Part shown: one piece after another, positions 1 to 8,960 of the stretch
How the letters are laid out: the number at the start of each line of letters is the position of its first letter
Numbering within the stretch: position 1 is the first letter of the stretch
From: an uncultured Acidobacteriota bacterium
GTDB lineage: Bacteria > Acidobacteriota > Terriglobia > Terriglobales > Acidobacteriaceae
Length of the DNA: 64,000 nt
Reading direction: 5' to 3'
Assembly (NCBI GenBank): GCA_963718885.1
Contig: CAVRAK010000033.1
Location: forward strand, 54,759-118,758
The notes under the pieces: model-generated
What the model was told of the DNA's origin: nothing
The model's database searches: none
Seen by the model: the letters and a program-made list of their open reading frames with translations, nothing else
Position numbers and translations under genes: made by a program

Positions 1-414
1 GATATTGTTGAGCGACATCATTGTGGCCGTATAGCCGCGCACGCTGGTGTTGTTGCTGGAATGCCCGTTGGCGACGACGTTGGTGGATTTGTTCAGCAGT
101 GCGCCGACCTCGGTGCACTCGGTGCACGTTTCCTTGATGGCGTCGTAGTCGTCCATGCGCAGGATTTTGCGCTTCTGGTAGCTGAGATATTCTTCGGCGG
201 AGAAAATCACGCTCGGCATCCGGGTGACCGTGAAGACATCCGCGCCATACCCCGAGAGTTTTGTTGAAACATAGCGCTTTGCGCCCTGGACCAGGGTGAG
301 CACCATAATGACCGACGCCACGCCCATGACCACGCCGATAAGGGTGAGGATGGAGCGCAGCTTATTGGCCCACAACGACTGCAACGCGAGTTTGAAGGCC
401 TCAATGAGCTTCAT
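1..414 (-). CDS. ABC transporter permease, MacB/FtsX family (runs off the window edge)
   Basis: My translation from ATG at 414: MKLIEAFKLALQSLWANKLRSILTLIGVVMGVASVIMVLTLVQG..., the typical MacB-like permease N-terminus. Confidence 0.9.
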   Translation of the reverse strand, partial: MKLIEAFKLALQSLWANKLRSILTLIGVVMGVASVIMVLTLVQGAKRYVSTKLSGYGADVFTVTRMPSVIFSAEEYLSYQKRKILRMDDYDAIKETCTECTEVGALLNKSTNVVANGHSSNNTSVRGYTATMMSLNNI

Positions 415-812
415 AATTCAACTTTCCTGGGAATGGCCTGGAATAGCCCCGGGGCAAAGACGGCGCTCGAACGACCGGCTCTCGAGCGGACCTCTCGACC
501 TCTACCAGTTTAACGAAACCTCAACTCCGGCCCTGCCCGTTTCGGGGCCGCATTGTTCCGGAACGGCTCGCGGCGCGCTTCGCCCGGTTCGGCATGGCCG
601 CGCGCAGCCTTCCATTGGACGTACCGCTCCGCTAGACGTACGGTTCCGCGCCCCGGCTGCCATCCGGCATTGAGCGCCGCTTCCGTCACAATCTCATACG
701 CGCGGGCGGGTTCGCTGGTTCCCGGGACGAGAAAGCCTGATGAGGGAACCGGCTCGCTGGCGTCAGGCGGCCGGGGCGAGCGAAAGGCGCGAGGGACACT
801 GGAGCCCGCGCC

Positions 813-1637
813 TTATCTGGTTTCACCGGGCCGATACCCGATGGCAGCGGTGGCGATGGGGATTCTGGCGTCAGGCTTATTGAAGAAGTTTTCGATGGTG
901 GGGACGATCCTTTCCGGTTCCGAAAGCATGGCGAAGTGGCCAGCGTCGGGAATCACGGCGAGCTCTGCATTGGGAATGAGCCTGAATGTGTCGAGGGCAT
1001 GATCGAGACGGACGAAATCGTGGTCGCCGAGCAGGATCAGGAACGGCACCTGGATTGAAGCCAGTTCTTCCTTCGAAAATCCTCCCCACTTGATGCTGAG
1101 AACCTTCTCCCAGAGCCTCGGCCAATCTTCCGGCTCAGGCGCGGCCTTGCTGTAGTTTTCTCTCTGAAACTGAAAGCACTTCGACTCCGCAGTGGGTGGC
1201 TCGTCAAAGTGTACTTTTTCCGGATCGACTGCGACCTCGGGCGGCCCGAAAGTCGCGCCATAGGTTGCGACGCGGCTGGCGAGTTCCGGGTTGCGAAGCG
1301 CGATTGTGGTCGCGACCGCGCCCCCGTAGCTTTCGCCGAAAAAGCTGGCCTTCGCGATGCCGAGATATTGCAACAGTCCGACCACGTCTCGGGCATGCTG
1401 CTCGATGCTGAGGGGACGGTCGGCTACATCGGCGGTGCGGCCATGCCCCTGAAGATCCATTGTGATGGTGGCATGGTTCTTCACCAGCGTGGGAAGGGCG
1501 CTCACTCCTGCGAATCCAAAGGCAGGCGGAATATAGACCAGCGGATCGCCGCTGCCCTCGATCTCGTAATACATCTTCAGATCGTTGACGGGCGCATATC
1601 CGCACGTTTTGGTTGCGTGACGATCGGGCAGGCTCAT
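813..1637 (-). CDS. alpha/beta fold hydrolase
   Basis: DLQGHGRT, GESYGG nucleophile elbow, GDHDFV, AGHF. Confidence 0.9.
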   Translation of the reverse strand: MSLPDRHATKTCGYAPVNDLKMYYEIEGSGDPLVYIPPAFGFAGVSALPTLVKNHATITMDLQGHGRTADVADRPLSIEQHARDVVGLLQYLGIAKASFFGESYGGAVATTIALRNPELASRVATYGATFGPPEVAVDPEKVHFDEPPTAESKCFQFQRENYSKAAPEPEDWPRLWEKVLSIKWGGFSKEELASIQVPFLILLGDHDFVRLDHALDTFRLIPNAELAVIPDAGHFAMLSEPERIVPTIENFFNKPDARIPIATAAIGYRPGETR

Positions 1638-2069
1638 CTAGTTCACCTTTTGCGTCTCGGTTGCGAAGTGCCCGGCAAACTTGTCGAGGAAGTAGTTCCA
1701 GCCATTCTCGTGCCCTCTTCCACCCGCTGTGTCGGGAAGGCCGGAATGCACAAGGGTCATCAGGGTTCCGTCGCCCTTCTTCTGGAAGGTCACGGTGACG
1801 GTTGACTCTTCGCCGAGGGTGTTGCGCGAGACCCATGTGTGCTGAATGCGGGCCGCCGGCTCGATCTGGGTAAAGCGCCCGTAATGAGCCGTTCCCCGGA
1901 TGAGCCAGTAAAAGAAGCCGTCGACTTTCGGATTCAGAATCAGCTTGTCGGCCTCGTGCCATGGATTGCCGGGAATCTTCGGGTCAAGCCATGCGGCGTA
2001 GACCTCGCCGGGGGCGGCGGGGATCGTGCGCTCGATCGTCAATTCCAGTGTCTTTGGCGATTCGGTCAT
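1638..2069 (-). CDS. SRPBCC (AHSA1-like) ligand-binding domain protein
   Basis: LTIERTIPAAPGEVYAAWLDP ... GHENGWNYFLDKF; overlaps the arsR stop. Confidence 0.88.
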   Translation of the reverse strand: MTESPKTLELTIERTIPAAPGEVYAAWLDPKIPGNPWHEADKLILNPKVDGFFYWLIRGTAHYGRFTQIEPAARIQHTWVSRNTLGEESTVTVTFQKKGDGTLMTLVHSGLPDTAGGRGHENGWNYFLDKFAGHFATETQKVN

Positions 2070-2407
2070 TTCTTTTTCTCCTTTTTCGCTTTGTTCTTGA
2101 AATACAGCTCAAATTCGTCGAGGCGCTCGTTCCAGAAGCGCTCGTACTCGTGGACCCAGCCTGCTACCTGGCGGAGGGGCTCACCGCGAAATGAGATAAA
2201 GACCTCGCGGCCTTGGCGCCTGCGCTCAATCAGGCCGGCTCTCTCAAGCAGCTTCAGGTGTTTGGTTACCGCGTTCAGCGCGGTGTCGATGGGCTCTGCA
2301 ATCTCAGTGAATCGCGCCGGACCGTTGGCGAGTTGCCCGATGATGGCGCGGCGGGTGGGGTGCGAGATGGCGGTGAGCACATCGGTGAGCTGGTCCAGGT
2401 GTTCCAT
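2066..2407 (-). CDS. ArsR/SmtB family transcriptional regulator
   Basis: AISHPTRRAII...AVTKHLKLLERAGLIERRRQGRE; FWNERLD tail typical of ArsR-SRPBCC pairs. Confidence 0.92.
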   Translation of the reverse strand: MEHLDQLTDVLTAISHPTRRAIIGQLANGPARFTEIAEPIDTALNAVTKHLKLLERAGLIERRRQGREVFISFRGEPLRQVAGWVHEYERFWNERLDEFELYFKNKAKKEKKK

Positions 2408-2410
2408 GGA

Positions 2411-2436
2411 GATATTACACCATAAGGTGTAATATC
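2411..2436. promoter_or_regulatory. Putative ArsR operator (perfect 11-4-11 inverted repeat) overlapping the arsR promoter
   Basis: GATATTACACC-ATAA-GGTGTAATATC immediately upstream of the arsR ATG. Confidence 0.8.
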
Positions 2437-2835
2437 ATGCAAGGTCGTTTTCGGTCGCCAATGCGAGGCGTATTCGGAGATGAGGGTGGGATGTGAGGGT
2501 GATTTGATCAGGTTCCGGAATTCATACATTGCTATGGAAATCAGAAGTTGGTTGCGAGCCTCCGGATGAATTAGTTCGTAAAAGCTGCCGAGGGATTAGG
2601 GCAACTCATTGATTTTCGGCTAGATGCGAAATGCGCAGGGACGCTTACTTTGGCGCGCGAATTGCAGGTTCGCGGATGTCGGAATGCGTTGCACTCGTGC
2701 GGCCGTGCCAATCGCGGCCCGCGGTCCGGTTCCGATTCTTCCGGTCTGTTCAGCAAAGAAGAAGAGACTCCCAAGCAAGCGCAAGGTAAGCCATCTTGAT
2801 GAGTTCACAGACAGTGAACTCCACTAGGAGCTGCC

Positions 2836-5800
2836 ATGAACCGCATTGCACGTCTATTTGTTGTAGTTCTGCTGATAGCCGCCTTAACCCAGATTACTCA
2901 ACGTGCTCACGGGCAGAACGTATATGCAGCGCTGCACGGCACGGTTGAAGACACGTCCAGCTCCGTGATTCCCAACGCGACGGTGACAGTATTGAACACC
3001 AGCACGGGAATCACGACGGTGCGCACGAGCGATTCGAACGGGTACTACATCTTTACGCAGCTGCAGGTGGGGGGGCCGTACACGGTGACGGTGTCGGCGA
3101 CCGGTTTTCAGAATTTTGCGCAATCCGGCCTGACGCTGAATGTGAACGACAACCGCGAAGTGAACGCGAAGCTGAAGGTGGGCGCGACGGCGCAGACTGT
3201 GGAAGTCTCGGCGACGGCGGTCCAGGTGGACACCTCGAACACACAGCTCACCCAGGTCACGACAGCGGCGCAACTGGAAGGGCTGCCGCTCGAGGGCCGC
3301 GATCCGACGGGCGTCCAGAAGCTTATGCCGGGTGTCGTCGAGTCCTCAGACCGCTTCGGTTCCTTCTCCAGCAACGGCAGCCAGACGCCGCAGAACAACT
3401 ACATCGTCAACGGCACGGATATCAACGACGGGGCGCTGCAGGATGTCGGGATTCGGGTAAATCCCGACGCGCTGCAGGAGGTCAACGTTGTGACGAGCAC
3501 GCTGAATCCAGAATTCGGCCGCAACTCCGGCGCAGTTGTGAACATGATTCTCAAATCGGGCACAAACCGCTTTCATGGCAGCGGGTTTGAGTTTTATCGC
3601 GACACCTTCATGAACAACGGCAGCTACTTTTCGCCGACGCGGCCAGATTTCCATCAGAATCTCTATGGAGGAACGCTGGGCGGCCCGCTGTTCAAGAACA
3701 AGCTGTTCTTTTTCGCGGCCTATCAGGGTCTGCGCAACCGCACGGCTGAGACCGAGACCTCCACAACACTCTCCAATGCCAATTTCCTCGGCGACTTTAC
3801 TGAGGATACCAACTACTTTACCGGCGATTTGAACAGCGCGGGCCTCACCGATAATCCTATTCCCTTCAACATCGGCAATTGCACTGCGGGCGAGACCTGG
3901 GCCGATTGCTTCTCCAGCGGAACGGTCGTGATTCCGCAGACGGCATGGGATCCCATCGCCAGAAACATGATTGCAAAGTACGTACCGGCAGGAAACGCCG
4001 GAGACGGCTTCTACACCTTCAATTCGCCCAACACCGATGCGCAGGATCAGGGCATCCTGCGCCTGGACTGGACGCCGACCTCGAAGGATGCGATCTGGGG
4101 TTCGACGATCTTCCAATCGAGTCCATCGACGAACGGACTTTCGTTTGGCGGCGGCAGTTTTCCGGGATTCGGGATGCATGCGGCGGAACATCTGAAGGTA
4201 TTCAGCGGGGCTTATACGCACACGTTCAACGCGAACATGCTGAACGAACTGCGCGGCGGCTACTATAGGCTGAACTATCCGTCGGTGATTCCTTCGCCGG
4301 TGCAGTCGCCGAGCGACCTGGGATTCCAGATCACGCCGCAGCTCGCGCAGTCAGGTATCCCCTATATCGCGGTGGGCAATTACTTCGCCCTTGGAAACAG
4401 CTATGAGGGACCGCAGCCCCGCATCGATAGCAACCTGACGTATGCGGACAACTTCTCATGGGTGAGAGGCAGCCACTCGCTGAAGTTTGGCGCATTGTAT
4501 GAGCAGTTCCGCGTACACAATCCATTCGGGTATCTGAATAACGGTTTTTACTCGTACAACGGAGGCGGATCTTACAGCTCGGGCGATCCGCTGGTGGATT
4601 TTGCGTTGGGTATTCCGGATAGCTACGAGCAGGCGAATGACGGCTTTATCGATGCGGTATCGACCGAGCGCTACGCGTATGCGCAGGATAACTGGAAGGT
4701 TTCGCCGGACTTGACGCTCAACTACGGCATCGCGTGGGATGTAGAGGAGCCGACCCAGAACAAGCAGTTCGACGGGCTGGGCGTGATCTGCTTCGACGTT
4801 TCGGATTCGCAATCGATCGTCTATCCCGGCGGACCTCCAGGCATGTCGTGGAAGGGCGATCCGGGGTGCAACGAGGCGGGCGGGCCGGTGACCCACTATA
4901 ACCGCTTCGGGCCCAGGATCGGCTTTGCGTGGTCGCCCGCCGAGGGGCCGGAGAAGCTTATTGGCGCGGCGGGTTCTCATTCGCTTTCCATCCGCGGCGG
5001 TTTCGGCATCTACTATAACCGCGATCAGGAAGAGCAGTCGCTGCAGAACCTGACGGATCCGCCCGTCTTTTACACCTCGCTCGGCGCATCGTCTTTCGGC
5101 GGAAGCCCCGGCTTCGCCAATCCATTTGCCGATGTCGCCGGCAACGGGTCGCAAACCAATCCCTTCCCGTTTACGCCGCCGGCGCCGGGAGGCGCGGTGG
5201 ACTGGACCCTCTATAACGCGCTCTCGCTCTCGGCGTTCAGCAGGGACTACAGCGTTCCCTACACGTACAACTACAACCTCAATGTGCAGCGGGCGGTGGG
5301 CGCCAATATTATCGTGCAGGTCGGCTATGTGGGATCCGTGAGCCATAGACTGGCGTCGTGGTACGAGGGCGATCCGATTACCCCCGCGGGTCATGATGCC
5401 TGCCTTGCCAACCCGGATTGCTCGCAGAGTCCCGCGCAGGTTCATCTCAACTTTCCGCAGTACACGGCACAGCCGGCCATCGTACCGGGCACTGGGGGCG
5501 GCGCAATTCCCGGGCTTCCTAATGGGCTCCCCTGGTACCTCTCAATCGGCGCGCAGAATACGGAAGGCCATTCGAATTACAACTCCCTGCAGGCCAGTGT
5601 GATCAAGGCTCCAACGCATGGGTTGCAGTTCACTCTCGGTTACACCTATAGCCACGCCCTCGATGACGGCTCGGGGTACGAGAGCGTGACGGGCGGCGAC
5701 TCAGGCTACGGCAGCGCTGGCCGTGTGCGGAACTACGTGCAGGGCTATCAGTCTCTGAACTATGGCTCATCGGACTTTGACGCGCGGCACAGGCTGGTGG

Positions 5801-6369
5801 CGTCGTATGTGTATTCGGTGCCGACCTTCGGCAAGGCGAAGAGCAACGCGCTGCTGCGCGCTCTGGTTGCGGGCTGGGGATTAAGCGGCATGACGGCGGT
5901 GCAGGCGGGATTTCCTGTGGCGGTGAGCATGGGAACCCAGAGATCGTTGTGGTGCGATGCGTACAGTTTCTTCGGATGCCCGGACAATCCCAACACATCG
6001 AGCTTCGACATCAGTCGTTTTAACCCGAGAGATACCACGTCGCACACCTACTTTGATACGACGCCGTTTTCAGAGGAGGCGCTGGGGACGTTCGGCAACA
6101 CGACGAGGAACTTCTTTCGCGGGCCGGGATTCAACTACACGAATCTGAGCATCACCAAGAACATCCTTCTGTCGGGTGACGGCCGGCGCTATGTGCAACT
6201 GCGCCTGGAGGGCTTCAATGCGTTCAACCACGCGAACTTCGAGCCGCCGAGCGGCATTTTCAGCAGCTCGCTTTTCGGCCGGGTATCCAACGTGATCCAC
6301 AGCGCCGATCCGAATGGCGATCCTTCTCCGGGGCGAAGCGTGCAACTGGCGGGAAAGTTCTTCTTCTGA
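2836..6369 (+). CDS. TonB-dependent receptor, Oar-like, with N-terminal carboxypeptidase-regulatory-like domain
   Basis: Signal peptide, GTVEDTSSSVIPNATVTV, PEFGRNSGAVVN..KSGTNRFHGS, YAQDNWKV, C-terminal KFFF. Confidence 0.93.
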   Translation: MNRIARLFVVVLLIAALTQITQRAHGQNVYAALHGTVEDTSSSVIPNATVTVLNTSTGITTVRTSDSNGYYIFTQLQVGGPYTVTVSATGFQNFAQSGLTLNVNDNREVNAKLKVGATAQTVEVSATAVQVDTSNTQLTQVTTAAQLEGLPLEGRDPTGVQKLMPGVVESSDRFGSFSSNGSQTPQNNYIVNGTDINDGALQDVGIRVNPDALQEVNVVTSTLNPEFGRNSGAVVNMILKSGTNRFHGSGFEFYRDTFMNNGSYFSPTRPDFHQNLYGGTLGGPLFKNKLFFFAAYQGLRNRTAETETSTTLSNANFLGDFTEDTNYFTGDLNSAGLTDNPIPFNIGNCTAGETWADCFSSGTVVIPQTAWDPIARNMIAKYVPAGNAGDGFYTFNSPNTDAQDQGILRLDWTPTSKDAIWGSTIFQSSPSTNGLSFGGGSFPGFGMHAAEHLKVFSGAYTHTFNANMLNELRGGYYRLNYPSVIPSPVQSPSDLGFQITPQLAQSGIPYIAVGNYFALGNSYEGPQPRIDSNLTYADNFSWVRGSHSLKFGALYEQFRVHNPFGYLNNGFYSYNGGGSYSSGDPLVDFALGIPDSYEQANDGFIDAVSTERYAYAQDNWKVSPDLTLNYGIAWDVEEPTQNKQFDGLGVICFDVSDSQSIVYPGGPPGMSWKGDPGCNEAGGPVTHYNRFGPRIGFAWSPAEGPEKLIGAAGSHSLSIRGGFGIYYNRDQEEQSLQNLTDPPVFYTSLGASSFGGSPGFANPFADVAGNGSQTNPFPFTPPAPGGAVDWTLYNALSLSAFSRDYSVPYTYNYNLNVQRAVGANIIVQVGYVGSVSHRLASWYEGDPITPAGHDACLANPDCSQSPAQVHLNFPQYTAQPAIVPGTGGGAIPGLPNGLPWYLSIGAQNTEGHSNYNSLQASVIKAPTHGLQFTLGYTYSHALDDGSGYESVTGGDSGYGSAGRVRNYVQGYQSLNYGSSDFDARHRLVASYVYSVPTFGKAKSNALLRALVAGWGLSGMTAVQAGFPVAVSMGTQRSLWCDAYSFFGCPDNPNTSSFDISRFNPRDTTSHTYFDTTPFSEEALGTFGNTTRNFFRGPGFNYTNLSITKNILLSGDGRRYVQLRLEGFNAFNHANFEPPSGIFSSSLFGRVSNVIHSADPNGDPSPGRSVQLAGKFFF

Positions 6370-6426
6370 GAGTGGAGGCGGGAAGAGAAAAGACCAGGCA
6401 AGATCGATAGCGGCAGTGAAAAGATA

Positions 6427-6466
6427 CAGGGGGCGTTCGCGTGATGGCGGGCGCCCCTTGTTTTTC
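6427..6466 (+). terminator. Intrinsic terminator after TBDR1
   Basis: GGGGCGTTCGC / GCGGGCGCCCC stem followed by TTGTTTTT. Confidence 0.7.
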
Positions 6467-6542
6467 CTGCTGGGAACGCTGAAGCTCCGGCTGGAATCAC
6501 ATTCGTTGACTGGGGTGAGCGGGCGGCGCAGGATCGCCTGCG

Positions 6543-7364
6543 ATGAAGACGAATGTTGTGCAGTGGCATGAAGCAGTGGAGACGCGGGCCGCGGCGGATA
6601 CGCGCCCTGGTTTTGAGCGCCTTCTGTTTGCCCTGGGCATGGCGGGACTGGGCGTGCTGGCGCTTGTGTATGGCGACTTTGCAATGGTGTGGCAGCCGGT
6701 GGCGCCGTGGGTGCCGGGGCGGACTGCGCTGGCCTATGGATCAGGCGTGCTGATGCTGGCGTGCGGAGCAGGATTGCTGTTTGCGGCAACGGTGACGTGG
6801 GCGGTGCGCGTGCTTGTTGTTTACCTGGCGGTATGGGCGCTGCTGAAGGTTCCCGCGGTGGTGGTTGTTCCGGGAATGGAAGCGGTGTGGCTGGGGCTGG
6901 GGGAACTGACGGTGCTGCTGGCCGGGGGATGGGTGCTGTTTGCGACGTTTGGCGCATTGGATTGGGGGCCGCTGACGGGCGCGCGCGGGGTGAAGTGGGC
7001 GATTGTGCTCTTTGGCGTATCGCTGCTGCCGATCGGGTTGTCGCACCTGATCTATGTAAAGCCGACGTATGACCTGGTGCCGGCGTGGATGCCGGCGCGG
7101 GTGATCTGGAGTTACGTGACAGGCGTCGGCCAGATTGCGTGCGGGCTGGGTGTCCTGCTGAGGATCTGGCCGCGGGTGGCGGCAACGGCCGAGGCGGTGA
7201 TGATCAGCCTGTTCACGCTGCTGTGCTGGGGGCCGGCGATTGTGACTACGCCGAAGATGCGCCTGGGCTGGACGGCGTTCTGGATCAGTTGGGCGATTGC
7301 GAGCGCGGCGTGGGTGGTGGCCGCAGAGCAGGGCTCGTTGATGCACAGCAAGAAGAGGCCGTGA
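6543..7364 (+). CDS. DoxX-like membrane protein (duplicated domain)
   Basis: About 8 hydrophobic segments with two VAPWVP/VPAWMP..Y.SG/TG repeats. Confidence 0.7.
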   Translation: MKTNVVQWHEAVETRAAADTRPGFERLLFALGMAGLGVLALVYGDFAMVWQPVAPWVPGRTALAYGSGVLMLACGAGLLFAATVTWAVRVLVVYLAVWALLKVPAVVVVPGMEAVWLGLGELTVLLAGGWVLFATFGALDWGPLTGARGVKWAIVLFGVSLLPIGLSHLIYVKPTYDLVPAWMPARVIWSYVTGVGQIACGLGVLLRIWPRVAATAEAVMISLFTLLCWGPAIVTTPKMRLGWTAFWISWAIASAAWVVAAEQGSLMHSKKRP

Positions 7365-7386
7365 GGCTACGGTGTCGAAACCACAG

Positions 7387-8460
7387 CTAGTGGATGATAC
7401 GGCGACTGGGCTGATACCACCACGGTATGTGGGCACCTGTCTCCATCCATCGAGCTAGAACATCGGTACCGTAGCGCATTGTGGCCGATCGGGAATATGT
7501 CGGCCTAGACGCCGTATCCAGTTCTGACGCCGCGTTCATCGCCAGCGCGACAATTTTCCGAAGATCCTCCTTGCCGACCAGTTCGAGCGCATCGCGGGTG
7601 AGGTCGATGACCGCTCCAGGGTGGCTGGCCCAATTTGCCCGACGCAGCAGCCGGCACTCGACGCTGGACTCCAGGCTGACGAGAGCCGCGAGCGCATCAA
7701 CGTCGAAACCGGGCTCCTCGAGAGCTTCAAGAATACACAGGCATGTGATCAGATCCAGCGGCTCTCCCTGATTTGCATAGTGGGTTTGCTCGGCGGTCCA
7801 ATAACCCTGGAAGAGTGTGAAACCCTCTTCGAGGGCCTGGAGGAATTCCTCTTCGGATTCGATTTTTTCCGCGATGAGCGTGGCCCCTGTGAGTTTCAGG
7901 CTGTTGAGCATGTGGGCACGCTCTCTACACCCGGATTGACGAAAATCGACCTTGATGAAGTCGGCTAGGTCGAGGAATTTCTGCATGTTTTCAGAGGATT
8001 CGAAGTCATCAAGTGCGAAACGAAAGCCAGCCGCTTTCAAAGCCCAGCAGGCGCAGATGACTTCATCGTCCGGGGCGACCGATTCGAGGATCTCGAGAAC
8101 TGCTGAGCGTGGCAGGAGTGAGAGATAGCCGCTGGTAAGAGTCTCGCGGGTGCAATTGAGGAATACGGGTCGCCCGCCGATCATTTCATCGAGTCCGTAG
8201 AGGAACCAGTTGTCGAGCATGATCCGTGAAGCGGCGCTGGGGTCTCCGCTGAAAATATCTTCCCAGCCCGCGCGGAACAGCGCCTCGCTGCCGAATTGCT
8301 GACGCGCGAGGCCCACGATGGGCTGGAGGGCGAATTGACGAAGTTCTGTCGAAGATTCTCGAGAGAAATAATTCAGATCTTTGCCGCTGAGAGAGTCTCC
8401 GTCACTGGTGAGTGCCGGGAACCGGATATCTTCACGGAATCGGTGCATAAACATCTCCAT
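7387..8460 (-). CDS. EAL domain protein with partial HDOD domain (YuxH/PdeH-like)
   Basis: LQPIV..SEALFR, LEILE, FALDDF, IKVD, IAEKIE, LFQGY, followed by a short HDOD-like region. Confidence 0.85.
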   Translation of the reverse strand: MEMFMHRFREDIRFPALTSDGDSLSGKDLNYFSRESSTELRQFALQPIVGLARQQFGSEALFRAGWEDIFSGDPSAASRIMLDNWFLYGLDEMIGGRPVFLNCTRETLTSGYLSLLPRSAVLEILESVAPDDEVICACWALKAAGFRFALDDFESSENMQKFLDLADFIKVDFRQSGCRERAHMLNSLKLTGATLIAEKIESEEEFLQALEEGFTLFQGYWTAEQTHYANQGEPLDLITCLCILEALEEPGFDVDALAALVSLESSVECRLLRRANWASHPGAVIDLTRDALELVGKEDLRKIVALAMNAASELDTASRPTYSRSATMRYGTDVLARWMETGAHIPWWYQPSRRIIH

Positions 8461-8960
8461 TGGTGAGCAGGAATCGTGGACCCCAGATTTGCTTTCCCAA
8501 GTTGTGGACTTGCCAATCGCGGTGAAATGAGTTCCCGGCGAATTGCTCCTAAGGCTATGGAAGGATCCGGATTGAGGGAATGTACTAAACAGTTCCAGAG
8601 CGCAACAAACTGTTTGCCGCCACTGTTGCGCGCCGATCTGAAGGAGTTACGCGCGCCGGCATGAAGAAACGGCGGCGTTTTTCCGCCGGTCTGGAGTGAG
8701 GGAGGCCGAGCTGCGGGGGTTCAGGAAGACAGTATGTTACTGATCCAGCGCCGAAACGAGCCCGGCGGGTCCGGGTGCTCAGGGAAGGCTGACTTAACGG
8801 GGGCCGGAGGAGGATCGATTGCAACGTTACAAACTGTTTGGTGGCCGTTTGTCCGTTTCTGGCAACAATTTGAGCGCATGCAAGAGATACGCGAGCGCAG
8901 GCAGCGGTATGCCGGAACAACCGTGTTAGCGCTCTGTTACACTCACGGCAATGTTCCGAG

